Below, piece after piece: positions 13,001 to 28,000 of a stretch of DNA of 64,000 nt. Origin of the DNA: Carcharhinus amblyrhynchos (lineage: Eukaryota); contig OZ336888.1 in NCBI GenBank assembly GCA_965287045.1, positions 15,872,001-15,936,000 of the forward strand. Direction: 5' to 3'. The notes under the pieces were generated by a model, which ran no database searches, was not told the origin of the DNA, and saw nothing but the letters and a program-made list of their open reading frames with translations. Both the position numbers and the translations under genes were made by a program. Numbering within the stretch: the first letter of the stretch is position 1; each line of letters starts with the position of its first letter.

Positions 13001-16000
13001 GATTGGCAGATTAATATTATATCAAATTTGCTCCACTCCTTAGGACCAACAGCAATGACTCCATCAGGCAGACCAACTGTTCCTGAGACAGCAATTACTG
13101 GTGAGTAGATCTCCTTACACATTATAATTTGATGTTAATGTTGAGCAATTTGTAATTTAATACTCTGCAGCATTTTTTTCTGTTACCTTGGACAAACACC
13201 AGCTAGGGTGACAGTAAATTCCATTGTTTCTGAAACTGGGAGTAATGATGGGAGTATTCATTCACATTGTCACAATGATATTTCAATAATTCTGAATAAT
13301 TAACTTTCGTAAGCAAACAACATTTGAAATTTGTGAAATTTAACATTGTGTTGCTGAGAGGAGCTCTATGATATTGCTATTCCTTCAGGCTGAGGAACTA
13401 TTCTGAAGGGAAACCTCAGAATTTGAGTGAGGGAATTATTGCTGATCCACAATTATGGTTCACGTTTGATCCTTACTGAGGTGCAAGCAATTCCTGGTTA
13501 AGAATTTGACTAAGATAATGATGCTTATCACTAAATATTTCCTTGGAAATGAACTGCAGTAGCAGTGAATAAATACTCTGTCCAAATTACGGTGCTGTTT
13601 AGGGATAACAATAACTGCAGGAACTGGAGGACCAACCACTTCAGAGACCACCGTCAGTGGTGAGTTTCAGTTTTATCATGCTCGGCACAGGAAATGAACT
13701 TGCATGCTTTGTGAACTAATATTGTTTGACATTATCTGTGCGCCCTAGGGCCAATGGCAATGACAGTGACAGGTACACTTCCTGTTTCTGAGAGCAGAAT
13801 TACTGGTGAGCAGAGCTTCTTTCATATTATAACCTTCTGTTAGTTTTGTGCTAATTGTGATTTTTAACTCTGCCACAAGTCTGCAGAGTTGCTGGACCTG
13901 CACCAGGTAGCAGGGCAGTCACTCAGATTATTTCCGACGCTGGAATTCACAATGAGTGAATATATTCTCAGTGTCATATAATTTTTGCACTGCCAAGATG
14001 ACCGAGCCAAGGGACATGTTGTTGGTGCATCATTGCAGTTCACTGTATTTTCAGTGGATTCAGATGCAATGGTATAAATGTGCACCAATTGAGTTGTTCC
14101 GTATTGCTTTCGGTAAGCATCTTATTGGTTGAATATGCTTGTTTCTGCTTTGTACTGATAATACTTTCTGATGGGAAAATGGTCAATGGATAGGAATTAG
14201 TGATTGCTTTATTTCAGGTTTTGTGCACATTTACTTCTCAGTGCAGAAACTGTAAACACATACATGTTGGTGTTTTACTTGCCTCACTGCTAATTGATGC
14301 ATATTCATGTTGACGCTGACAGAGCTTTTCATTGAACAGAAATTGGAATAAACATGCTTCCTGAGAAAGTAGATGTCTTGAATTTTGAATAATAATGTTT
14401 AGAAGAGGGCAGTGTTATTGGCTATGATTATTGAGCAAAATGTAGGCTGACACGATCTTGTGAATATGAACGGCAGCATATTTATATTCAAATGGACAGT
14501 AATGAGCAGAACTGTCCAATTTGTAATGGGTAATGGAAAATGCTGGTGTTGACATTCTGAATTTGTGTAATGGAAGCGAATATTGAAATTTGGAGTCTGT
14601 CCATTTGAGTCATGCATTTGAATTTTGAAGACCTTGGAAATTGCTGCCATTCAGTTTGGAAGCTGTATCCATTTATTTGCATGGATGATGATGGCTTAGA
14701 CAATGATACTTTGAGGAGTACAATAATGCTTGTTCATTCTGAGAAGGAATAGTCAGGCTCAAAAGTATCCAATTTGTAGAATGCAGCGGAGTGTGATTTG
14801 ACCCACCTTCCTCCTCCTACGCACTCTGCCTGAAAAAAAAGCTGCGATTCTGAATCATGCCGCAGAAGCCTGTGGGTGAGGTTGATCGCCTCTGAAACAC
14901 TGCAGCTGCGATCGGAGCCTTTAACTGCGTAAAGGCTTTGAAAAATGCTTCCCCGCTACATCACTCAATAATGGCTCCCACCCCGGGCCCCACAGACATT
15001 GCCTGATCTCCACAACATTACTGACCCCTTTATCCTCCCACCCCTTGTTCCCTCCAGACCGATCACAGCCCCCTGCTCATCTTCCCTCCTCCACCGATCT
15101 CACGCAGAGTGGCAGTTGACTACTCCTTCCACTCCGCCCTCACCAGAGAGCGATCTGATCCGCATCCCTCTTCCTCCCTACCAAAGACCGATCTTACTCA
15201 GCTGCCTCCTTCCTCACCACCAGTAAGGATATGACCAACCTTCGTCCTCCCCCGATCAAAGATCCATCTGACCCGCCACCCCCCACCAGAAATCCATCTG
15301 ATCCGCCTTCCTTGTCACCCCCCCGTCAGAGATCCATCTGACCCACCTCCCTCCTTCCCCATCACCAGAGAGCATTCTGACCTGCCTCCCTCCTCCTCCC
15401 CCACCAGAGATCATCTGGCCCACCTCCCTCCCCCTCACCCTCCTGCTCTGCAACTGCCAATCTCAGTTAGGGAGAGCTGTTGGAAACTCTGAAATTACCT
15501 CTTCAGAAGCTGGAGCGCCCGAAACAGATCTTTGCGGACAATGTCTGTTTCACGCTGAATCTGAATGTGCGAACGCAATGGTAAAGGGGGAAATGCCAGT
15601 AAGTTTGGACATCCAACCCATTAAGTCAATTTAAATGCATTTCAATTGACATTGCGCCTGTTTCGGGCACGGTGCTGATCACGGCCATTTTAGGCGATTG
15701 GTAGAGGGGGGATCAGACACGCGGATGGTTGCAAATCAAGGTACCTGCCTCACGTCTGACTCTACTAAGTTTTCATGCTCCAAAATGGGTGCAACCAATT
15801 TGTAAAAGCAGGCTCATAATAATGCTGATACTAAACATTTCCTTGGAAATGAATTGCAGTAGTAGTGAATAAATACTCTGTACCAATTTCTGTGCTGTTT
15901 AGGGCCAACAAGAACTGTAGGAACTGGAGGACCAATCACTTCAGAGACCACTGTCAGTGGTGAGTTTTGGTTTTATCGTAACGGCCACATCAAATTAATT

Positions 16001-19000
16001 TGTGTGCTTTCGTGGACTAATCTTGTTTCATATTATCTCTGTTCCCTAGGGCCAATAGCAATGACTGTGACGGGAACACTTCCTGTTTTTGAGAGCAGAA
16101 TTACTGGTGAGCAGAACTTCTTTCGCATTATAAACTGCCGTTATTTTTTGTGCTATTTGTGATTTTTAACTCTATCATAGTTCTGCAGTTACATTGGATC
16201 TGTACCAGATAGCAGGGCAGTCACTCAGATAGTTTCAGAAACTTTGATAAACAATGAACGAATGTATTCTCTGTGTCAGATGATGTTTGTGATGCCAAGA
16301 TGTCCCATGCAAGGGACATGTTGTTGGTGCGTCATTGCAGTTCACTGCATTTTCAGGCCATTCAGGTGGAAGGGTGTACCAGTTGAGTTGTTCCATTTTG
16401 CTTTTGGTCAGCATCTTCTTGTTTGAATGTGCTTGTTTTTGCTTTATCCTGATGGTAAAATGACCAACAGATAGGAATGAGTGATTGCTTTATTTCAGTT
16501 TTTGTGCACACTTGCTTCTCAGTGCAGAAACTGTAAACACATGCATGTTGGTGTTTTACTTGTCTCACTGCTAATTGATGCATATTCATGTTGAGACTGA
16601 CGGCGCTTTTCATTGAACAGAAATTTGAATAGTGCATGCAACCTGATACAGTAGATGTCTTGCATTATCAATTATAATGATTGGAAGAGGACAATGTTAT
16701 TGATATAATTATTGATCATAATGTCGGTTGTGTCCATGAAGTCCACATGAGACCATGAATGGCAGCATTTCTGAATTTAATAAGATACTAAAAAGACAGA
16801 CTGTCCAAACTTTAATGAACACTGGTAGATCCTGCTTTAGACATTCTGCATTTCTGTTTTGGAAGCATATATTGCAATTTAAAATCTAACATATTTGCAT
16901 TTGCATTTTGAAGAGGTCGGGTTTTGGTGCTGTTGATTTTAGATTACTAAATGCATTTATTCGCGTGAATGATGATTGTAAAGCATCGGGATTTAAGGTA
17001 TACAGTAATGCATGGTTTGTCTGTGACCGAAAAGCCACACGGAAAGCACCTCATTTGTTGATTTGCAGAATGACGCAGTCTTTTATTTTGATTTGGCAGT
17101 ATGATATACCTTGCTGGTGAAATTTATATGCAGACAGACAGACATAATTATTCCTTCCAACGGAATAAATTCAACGCAGTAATTTCAATATCAAAACAAA
17201 TTCCTGATTGGAAATGCCAGTTGTTCAGTGGGATTTTTGAAAGACAAACTTTATTCTTTGAAAAACAAATGATTTAATCAGCTTTAAAATTTAACTTTTA
17301 CTAGCAAATAACATCCAAATCATTTTGAGAAAATTTAATGCCACATTTGCTGACTCCATGTTGAATATTTTGTAATTACCTGAAGAGTAGCTGGTTTTTG
17401 AAGGCAACTTATTCGAGGAACTGTTCTCAATGATAAGCGCCGCATGTGTGGAAGGGAATGATTAATTTTATAGTTTGCCTATGGATATCTTCCTTTTTCC
17501 TTCAAAATGTTGGAACCATTTGCCACTTGAGGCTTTGAATGACATCATGATGCTGAGATGAATAAAAAGTCTTGGGAAACAATTGCAGCAGTAATGAATA
17601 AATATTCTGTTCAAATTCCACTTTTCTTTAGGGTCGACACCATTTACAGGAACTGGAAGACCTACAACGTCTGAAACCACTGTCAGTGGTGAGTATTGTT
17701 TTTAGCATCCTCGTCACCTGCAATAAATTGGTTTGAGTGGTGGATTAATATTGTTTGAAATTTTCTGGACTACATAGGGCCAACAGCAATGACTCCATCA
17801 GGTGTACCAACTGTTCCCGTGACAGCAATTACAGGTGAGTGGATCTCCTTACACATTATAACCTGATATTCATGTTGAACAATTTGTAATTGAATACTCT
17901 GCAGCATTTTTTTTGTTAGCTTGGAGCAGCACCAACTAGGATGATGATAAATCCCATTGTTTCTGAAACTAGGAGTAATGATGGGTGTATTCGTTCACAT
18001 TGTCACAATAATGTTTCAGAACCTTCAATAATTAGCTTTCACAAGCAAATAACATTTGAAACTTGTGAAATTTAACATTGTGTACTGAGAGCAGGTCAAT
18101 GATTTTGTTGTTCCTTCAGGCAACATGGCTGAGGAATTGTTCTGAAGGGAAAGCTCAGAATTTGAGTGAGGGAATTATTGCTGATCTGCGAGATAGTTTA
18201 TGGGTCATCTTTGATCCTTACTGAGGTGCAAGGAATTCCTGGTTAAGAATTTGTTTGAGATAATGATGCTTATAATTAAACATTTCCTTGGAAATGAATT
18301 GCAGCAGTGGTGAATAAATACTGTTCAAATTTCTGTGCTGTTTAGGGCCAACAAGAACTGTAGGAACTGGAGGACCAATCACTTCAGAGACCACTGTCAG
18401 TGGTGAGTTTTGCTTTCATCATACCTGCCACGTTAAATTAATTTGTGTGCTTTGTGGACTAATGTTGTTTCATGTTATCTCTGCTCCCTAGGGCCAATGG
18501 CAATGACTGTGACAGGTACGCTTCCTGTTTCTGAGAGCAGAATTACTGGTGAGCAGAACTTCTTTGATGTTTATAAGCTGCCGTTAGTATCGTGCAATTT
18601 GTGATTTTTAACGCCACAATAGGTCTACAGTTACGTTGGACCTGCAGCAGGGCAGGATCTCAGATAGTTTCCGAAACTGTGATTAACAGTGATTGAATAT
18701 ATTCTCAGTGCCATACGATGTTTGTGCTGCCAAGGTGCCCCAGGCAAGGGACATGTTTTTGGTGCGTCATTGAAGGACACTGTATTTTCAGTCCGTTCAG
18801 ATTGAAAGGTTTGAATGTGTATCAGTTGAGATGTTCCATATTGCTTTTGGTAAGCATCTTCTTGTTTGCTTGTTTTCGCTTTGTCCTGATGGAAAAATGG
18901 TCAACAAATAGGAATGAGTGATTGCTTCATTTCAGTTTTTGTACGCATTTGCTCCTCAATGCAGAAACGGTAAACACATGCTTGTAGGTGTTTCAATTGC

Positions 19001-22000
19001 TTCACTGCTAATTGATGCATTTTCATGTTGACGTTGACACAGCTTTTCACTGAACGGAAGTTGGAATATTAAGTGCTAACTGATAGAGTAGATCTCTTGC
19101 ATTATCAATTGTAATATTCAGAAGAGAACAGTATTATTGAATATGATAATTAATCATAATGCAGGTTGTGCTACGTGTCCCTGAAGTCAGCTTGAGACTG
19201 AACGGCAGCATTTGTGAATTTAAAAAGACAGTAATATGGCAGACTGTCCAAACTTAAATGAGCACTGGTAGATCCTGGTTTTGACATTCTGCATTGCTGT
19301 TTTGGAAGTGTATATTGAAATTGAGAATTTGACATATTTACATTTGCATGTTGAAGAGGTAGGATTTTGGTACTATTGATGTTAGATCGCTAAATCCATT
19401 TATTTGCATGACTGATGATAGATAAGGCAACAGGAGATTCTAGATGTACAGTAATGCATGGTCTGTCTGTGACCAAAAGGCTGAATGGAAAGCAGCTCAT
19501 TTGTAGACTTGTAGAATGACAGTGTCTTTTATTTTGGTTCAGCATTGTGATAGACATTGCTGGTGAAATTTATATGCAGACAGACAGACATAATTATTCC
19601 TTCCAACAAAATAAATTCAAAGTAGTAAATTTCTATATCATAATGAATTCTTGATCGGAAATGCTAATGTTCAGTGGGAGTTTTGAAAGACGTGCCTTAT
19701 TCTTTTGAAAATAAATGATTTAGTCACCGTTAAAATTTTACCATTATTGGCAAATAACATGCAAATAATTTTGAGAAAATTTAGTGCCACATTTGCCTAT
19801 CCTATGTTGAATATTTTGTAATTTTCTGAAAAGTAGCTGGTTTTTGCAGGCAACTTGGTCGAGGACCTGTTCTGAATGACAAGTGCCGCATTTGTGGCAG
19901 GGAATGATGAATTGTAGTTTGTGTCCCAATATTTTCCTTTTTCCTTCCAAACATGGAAACATTTGTCACTTGATAGTATTATGGTAAGATGAATAAAAAA
20001 TCTTGGGAAACGTTTGAGCAGTAATGAATAAATATTCTATACAAAGCCCACTTTTCTTTAGGGCCGACACCATTCATAGGAACTGGAAGACCTACAACTT
20101 CAGAGACTACCATCAGTGGTGAGTATTGTTTTTAGCATCCTCATCACCTGCAATTAATTTATTTGATTGGCTGTTTAATATTCTTTAAAATTTTCTCGAC
20201 GACATAGGGCCAACAGCAATGACTCCATCAGGTATACTGATTGTTCCCGAGACAGCAGTTACTGGTGAGTAGATCTCCTTACGTATTATAAGCTAATATT
20301 AATATTGAGTAATTTGTAATTTAAGACTCTGCAGCATTTTTTCTGTTACCTTGGACCAGCACCAACTTGGATGATAGTAACTCCCATTTTTTCTGAAATG
20401 AAAAGTAATGATGGGTGTATTCATTCTCATTGTCACAACAATATTTCAGAATCTTTAATAATTAGTTTTCACATCAAACAACATTTGATACTTGTGAACT
20501 TGAATGTTATGTTGCTGAGACCAGATCAATGATATTGTTATTCCTTCAGGCAACATGGCTGAGGAACTGTTCTGAAGGGAAACCTCAGAATTTGAGTGAG
20601 GGAATTATTGTTGGTCTATAAGATTGTTTATGGGTCATGTTTGATCCTTACTGAGGCACAAGGAATTCCTAGTTAAGAATTTGATTAAGATAATGATGTT
20701 TATATATAAATACTTCCTTTGAAAAGATTTGCAGTAGTAGTGAATAAATACTCTGTCCAAATTTCTGTGCTGTTTAGGGCCAGTAACAACTGCGGGAACT
20801 GGAGGACCAACAACTTCAGAGACCACCGTCAGTGGTGAGTTTTGGTTTTGTCGCACTCAACACGTGAAATCAATTTGTGTGCTTTGTGGACTAATGTTGT
20901 TTCATCTTATCTCTGCTCCTTAGGGCCGATGGCAATGACTGTGACAGGTACACTTCCTGTTTCTGAGAGAAGAATTACTGGTGAGCAGATCTTCCTTCAT
21001 GTCATGAGCTGCTGTTAATATTGTGCTATTTGTGATTATTAACTCGACAATAGGTCTACAGTTACGTTGGACCTGCATCAGGCAGCAGGGCAGTCATTCA
21101 GATAGTTTCTGAAACTATGATCGACAATGACTGAATGTATTTTCAGTGTCATTAACTCCCATTGTTTCTGAAACAAGGAATAATGAGAGGAGTATTCATT
21201 CACATTGTCACAATAATATTTCAGAACCTTGATTAATCAGCTTTCACAAGCCAAAAACATTTGAAACTTGTGAAATTTAATGTTGTGTTTGCTGAGAGCA
21301 GATCAATTATATTGGCTGAGGAATTGTTATGAAGAGATGCCTCAGAATTTGATTGAGGGAATTATTGTGTTATTCTAGATTGTTTATGGATCTTGCTTGT
21401 TCCTCTGGCAGTGCAAGCAATTCCCAGTGAAGAATTTGTAAGAGATAAGATGCTTATAACTAATCATTTCCTTGGAAATGAAAAGCAGTAGTAATTCATA
21501 AATATTTTGTCCAAATTTCTGTGCTGTTTAGGGCCAACAACAACTTCAGAGACCACCATCAGTGGTGAGTTTTGGTTTTATTGTACTCACCAAATCAAAT
21601 TAATTTGTGTGCTTTGTGGACTAATCTTATTTCATATTATCTCTGCTCCCAAGGGCCAAAGGCAATGACTGTGACTGGTACACTTCCTGTGCCTGAGGGT
21701 AGAATTGCTGGTGAGCAGAGCTTCTTCATGCTATAAGCTGCTGTTAATCCACTGCTATTTGTGATTTTTAACTCTTCCACATGTCTGTGTTTACATTGTC
21801 CTGCAGCTGGTGTTGGTCCAGTCACTCAGATTGTTCTGAAACAGGGATTCACAATGAGTGAATGCATTCTCAGTGTCATACGATATTTGTGATGCCAAGG
21901 TGTCCCAGTGAAGGGATATGTTGGTGCGTCATTGCAGTTCGCTGTATTTTCAGTCCATTCAGATGGAAGGGTTTGAATGTGTACCAGTTGAGTTGTTCCA

Positions 22001-25000
22001 TATTGCTTTTGGTCGGCATCTTTTTGGTTGAATGTGTTTGTTTCTGCTTTATTCTGATTATATTTTCTGATGAGAAAGTGGACAGCAGATAGGAATTAAT
22101 AGGCCCGATTTTACCAAACATTCGGGTGCGAAATCATGGTAAATTTGAGTATCGGGCCTGTAATGTGATCTGCACCCAGTTCCAACAGATCGCGCCTTTA
22201 TTGACACCCGATTTGGGCACAGGTCTAGTCTGCACCCCAATCGGGCGGGCCGACGATTTAAATGCAATAGCATGCATTTAAAACTGATTTACCGAACCAC
22301 GCGCCCAACATTACCGCCACATCCCACTTTACCGTCTTCTGGTCTGTTCTGCATCCACGCTATAAGCGACTTGCTAAGTAAAAGTTGGAAGCCGACGCTT
22401 CCTCAGTGTGGGTTGGCAAGGAGGTAGGTGCGTGGCTTCTGAAAACTCTCCGGTACTTAAGGGTGTGTTGTAGTCGCGGCCATTCTGCTGTCCCAAGTCG
22501 GTGGTGGCTCTGCGACTATGTGGGGCCGGGGGAGGGCTCTTGCTGTTCTCAGTCACCGATGTCTGGCTGGCAGCACGGAGCTGGGGTCCTGCAGTGCACC
22601 TGGGTCCTAGCACCATAGCTCACTTCAGGCTGAGCATAAAATAGTACAGCACAGTACAGGCCCTTCTGCCCTCGATGTTACGCCGAGCTATGTCCGAAAC
22701 CAAGATCAGGCTATCCCACTCCCTATCATTCTGGTGTGTTCCATGTGCCTATCCAATAACTGCTTGAAAGTTCCTAAAGTATCTGACTCCACTATCACAG
22801 CAGGCAGTGTATTCCACACCCCATAGATAGATAAACAATTGAAGTAAGAGACACTGCTGGAACACCGTTGGAAGTAGTGCAGTGAAGTTAATTTTGGATT
22901 GGCTTAGCAAATAACTGACAGATAGGATAGGGAAAATGTTCTCTGTCTGTACTTCTCGTGCCTGTGGTTCTCAGAGTTAATGATAATGTTAACTGACTAT
23001 AGCAGACAATAGTCCAAGCCAGCACTCTTGATTGTATCATATAATTGTTTAATTGGGAACATTAAGAAATTCTCAACAGGTGGATTATTTCAAGCTTATC
23101 TCTGAGGGTTTAATACTGTTCTGCTTTCCCATCCTCTTAGTTTTGTCTCAAACCAACTATCCCAGAGGGCTCCTTCCGAGTTATCTTTTCTTCCTCACTT
23201 TTACCTTGTCGATCTGGTGGTCACAGTTAATTTTTGTTAAAAATGTCTTCAGTCTTTTAAAAAAAATAAAGGAAACAACTTTAACCAAACAGAAAAGCCC
23301 AGTAAAAATATGTTTTAAAAATGTGTTTAATCAATCAGGGTGCGATAGGAGGAATGTGAAGGCGGCAGTGGGTTTGAGTGAGGCAGCATCAGTAGGTAGC
23401 AGGCTAACTTGTCCACTTCTTTCTTTGTCTTTCATGCCCGGGTGCACTGTTTCAGATTTTTTCCAGAGACCTCTGATCATTCCGGCAGCGGTAAGCCCCA
23501 CCCACCGCGCGGACCGGATCGGAGCCGGCAAAAAGCGTATGGGCAGGCTGGAACAAGGATTCCGGGCTCGGATCTGTTTTACGTCCGGATCCGACCCTTA
23601 GCCTCCAATTGTTAAAATCGGGCCCAATGATTGCTTTATTTCAATTTTTGTACGCACTTCCTTCTCAGTGTAGAAACTGTAAACACATGCATGTTGGTGT
23701 TTTACTTGCCTCACAGCTAATTGACGCATATTCATGTTGACATTGACAGAGCTTTTCATTGAAGGAAAATTGGAACATTAGGTGCTACCTCATAGAGTCG
23801 ATGTCTTGCATTTTCAATGATAATGTTTGGAGGAGGACAGTGTTATTGAATATAATAATTGATTATAATGTAGGTTGTGTACTTGAAGTCCGCTTGAAAC
23901 CAGGAATGACAGTATTTATGAATTTAAAAAGCTAGTAATAAGGCAGACTGGCCAAACGTTAATGAGCACTGGTAGACCCTGGTTTTGACGTTCTGCTTTA
24001 CTATTTTGGAAGCGTATATTAAAATTTAAAATTTGACATATTTGCATTTGCGTTTTGAAGAGCTAGGATTTTGGTGCTGTTGATTTCAGATCACTAAATG
24101 CATTTATTCGCATGAATGATGGTAGGTAAGACAACAGGAGACTTGAGATATGCAATAATGCATGGTTTGTCTGTGACCGAAAGGCCAAATGGAAGATATC
24201 GCATTTGTTGATTTGCAGAATGACGGAGTCTTTTGTTTTGGTTTGGCAGCATAATAGATCTTGCTGGTGAAATGAATATGCAGACAGACAGACATAATTA
24301 TTCCTTCGAACAGAATAAATTCAAAGCATTAAATTCCAACGTCATAATGAATTCCAGATTGGAAATGCCAATTGTTCAGGAGGATTTTTGAATGACACCC
24401 TTTATTCTTTGGAAAATAAAGATTTAGTCAGCTTTAACATTTCACTTTTACTGGCAAATAACATCCAAATCATTTTGAGAAAATTTAATGCCACATTTGC
24501 TAACTCCATGTTGAATTTTTTGTAATTGCCTGAAGAGTAGCTGGTTTTTGAAGGCAACTTATTCGAGGAACTGTTCTGAATGGTGAGCGCTGCATGTATG
24601 GACGGGAATGATTTATTTTACAGTTTGCGTATCTTTCTTTTTCCTTCGTAATGTGGAACCATTTGCCACTTGAGGCTTTGAATTACATAATGATGCTAAG
24701 ATGAATAGAATGTCTTGGGAAGCAATTTCAGTGGTAATAAATAAATATTCTGTACAAATTCTGCTTCTCTTTAGGACCGACACCATTCACAGGAACTCGA
24801 AAACCTCCAGCTTCAGCGACTACCATCAGTGGTCTGTATTGTTTTTGGCATTCTCATCACCTGATATTAATTTATTTGATTGGCAGATTAATATTGTTTC
24901 AAATTTGCTCCACTCCTTAGGGCCAACAGCAATGACTCCATCAGGCAGACCAACTGTTCCTGAGACAGCAATTACTGGTGAGTAGATCTCCTTACACATT

Positions 25001-28000
25001 ATAATTTGATGTTAATGTTGAGCAATTTGTAATTTAATACTCTGCAGCACTTTTTCTGTTATCTTGGACAAGCACCAACTCGGGTGACAGTAAATCCCAT
25101 TGTTTCTGAAACTGGGAGTAATAATGGGTATATTCATTCATATTGTCACAATAATATTTTAAGAACTTTGAATAATTAGCTTTTGCAAGCAAACAACATT
25201 TGAAACTTGTGAAATTTAACATTGTGTTGCTGGGAGCAGGTCAACGATATTGTTTCTTAAGTCAACATGGCTGAGGAACTGTTCTGAAGGGAAATCTCAG
25301 AATTTGAATGAGGGAATTATTGCTAGTTTATGGCTCTTGTTTGGTTCTTACTGAGGTGCAAGGAATTTCTGGTTCAGAATTTGATGCTTATAATTAAACA
25401 TTTCCTTGGAAATGAATTGCAGTAGTAGTGAATAGATACTTAGTCCAAATTTCTGTGCTGTTTAGGGCCAACAACAACTGCAGGAACTGGAGGACCAATA
25501 ACTTCAGAGACCACCATCAGTGGTGAGTTTGGGCTTTATTGTACTCACCACATCATATTAATTTGCGTGCTTCGTTGACTAATCTTGTTTAATTTTATCT
25601 CTGCTCCCTAGGGCCAATGGCAATGACTATGACAGGTACACTTCCAGTTCCTGAGATCAGAATTACTGGTGAGCAGAGCTTCTTCATGCTAGAAAATGCT
25701 GTTAATTTACTGCTATTTGTGATTTTTAACTCTTCCATATGTCTGCGTTTACATTGGACCAATGCCAGCTGCAGGGCAGTCACTCAGATTGTTTCTGACA
25801 CTGGGAATCACAATGAGTGAATGTATTCTCAGTGTCATACGATGTTAGTGATGCCAAGTTGTCCCAGCGAAGGGATATGCTATTGGTGCACCGTTGCAGT
25901 TCACTATATTTTCAGTTCATTCAGATGGAAGGGTTTGAATGTGTACCAGTTGAGTTGTTCCATATTGCTTTAGGTAAGCATGTTCTTAACATAAGAACAT
26001 AAGAACATAAGAAATAGGAGCAGGAGTAGGCCATCTGGCCCTTCGAGCCTGCCCCGCCATTCAATAAGATCATGGCTGATCTGTCGTGGCTCAGTTCCAC
26101 TTTCCCGCCCTCTCCCCATAACCCTTAATCCCCTCTCTTATCAAAAACCCATCAACCCGCTTCTTAAAAATATTTAGCGAGGCAGCCTCCACCACTTCAA
26201 CGGGCAGAGAATTCCAGAGATTCACCACCCTTTGAGTGAAGAAGTTCCTCCTCAACTCCGTTCTGAACCGCCCCCCCTTTATCTTGAGGCTGTGCCCCCT
26301 AGTCCTACTGTCTTTTTTGAGCGGGAAGAGTCTTTCCACCTCTATCCTATCCATCCCATTCATCATCTTATACGTCTCAATGAGATCTCCCCTCATTCTT
26401 CTAAACTCTAACGAGTACAAGCCTAGTTTATTCAGCCTCTCCTCATAGCTCAACCCCCTCAACTCCGGTATCAGCCTAGTAAACCTCCTCTGCACTCCCT
26501 CCAAGGCCAAAATATCCTTGCGCAGGTGCGGCGCCCAAAACTGCACACAGTACTCCAGCTGCGGCCTCACCAATGCCCTATACAGCTGCAGCAAGACCTC
26601 CCTACTTTTATATTCAATCCCCCTCGCTATGAAGGCCAGCATCCCATTCGCCTTCCTGACCACCTGCTGCACCTGCAGGCTGGGTTTTTGCGACTCATGC
26701 ACAAGGACCCCGAGGTCCCTCTGCACCGTCGCTTGTTTGAATGTGTTTGTTTCTGCTTTATTCTGATTATAGTTTCTGATGAGAAAATGGACAGCAGATA
26801 GGAATTAGTGATTGCTTTATTTCAGTTTTTGTACACATTTCCTTCTCATGCATGTTGGTGTTTCACATGCCTCACTGCTATTGATGCATATTCATGTTGA
26901 CATTGACAGAGCTTTTCATTGAAGGAATATTGGAATATTAAGTGCTACCTGATAGAGTACCTGATATCTTGAATTTTCAATGATAATGTTTGGAGGAGGA
27001 CAGTGTTATTGAATATAGTTATTGATTATAATGTAGATTGTGTCCTTGAAGTCGCTTGAGAATGGGAATGGCAGTATTTATGAATTTAAAAAGATAGTAA
27101 TAAGGCAGATTGTCCAAACCTTAACGAGCACTAGTAGACCCTGGTTTTGACATTCTGCATTGCTCTTTTGGAAGCATATATTGGAGTTTAAAATTTGACA
27201 TATTTGCATTTGAATTTTGAGGAGCTAGGATTTTCGTGCTGCTGATTTCAGATCACTAAATGCATTTATTCACATGAATGATGATAGGTGAGGCAACAGG
27301 AGATTTGAGATGTGCAATAATGCATGGCTTGTCTGCAATCGAAAGGCCCAATGGAAAGTATTGCATTTGTGGACTTGCAGAACGACTGAGTCTTTTATTT
27401 TGTTTTGGCAGCATATTTTGGTTTGGCAAGATTTTTGAATGACATACTCTATTCTTTGGGAATTAAACAATTTAGTCAGATGTAAAATTTAAGTTTTACT
27501 GACAAATAACATCCAAATCATTTTGAGAAAATTTAATGCCACAAAAATTTCTGACTTTGTGTTGAATTTTTTGTCATTGCCTGAAAAGCAGCTGGTTTTT
27601 GAGGGCAATTTGGTTGAGGAACTGTTTTGAATGGTAAGCGCTGCAGTTGTGGAAGGCAATGGTTAATTTTGTAGCTGGCGAATAGATATTTTCCTTTTTC
27701 TTTCGCAATGCAGAACCATTTTCCACTTGAGGCTTTGACAGAAATAATGATGCTAAGATTTTAAAAAATCTTGGGAAACAATTGCAGCAGTAATGAAAAA
27801 GTATACTGTACAAATTTTGCTTTTCTTTAGGTCTGACACCAATCATAGGAACAGGAAAACCTACAACTTCAGAAACTACCGTTAGTGGTGAGTATTGTTT
27901 TTGGCATCCTAGTCACCTGAAAATAATTTATTTGATGGGTAGATTAATAAAGTTTCAGTATTGCTCCACTACTTGGGGCCAACAGCAATGACTCCATCAA

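Larger units (their letters stand above)
1..17862 (+). repeat. Higher-order tandem duplication, period 8,931 bp (14 exons per copy)
   Basis: Position 1 recurs at 8932 and 17863; exons, the CR1 fragment and the TIR element all recur at +8931. Confidence 0.95.

Noticed and set aside
20550-20595. Exon-like 46-nt segment TTCCTTCAG|GCAACATGG..TTTGA|GTGAG in the D-A intron, containing a CTGAGG..CCTCAG inverted repeat
   Set aside because: Not a multiple of 3, has TGA in the array frame, and suffers 8-nt deletions or acceptor loss in several units. A poison-exon role cannot be supported without RNA data.
23053-23601. 182-aa ORF inside the TIR element
   Set aside because: Non-ATG start, no transposase or Myb-like motifs, and it straddles compositionally unrelated segments.
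26091-26726. 211-aa ORF as a functional reverse transcriptase or host gene
   Set aside because: It is only the C-terminal tail of CR1 ORF2 in a 5'-truncated copy, with no RT catalytic core or endonuclease.
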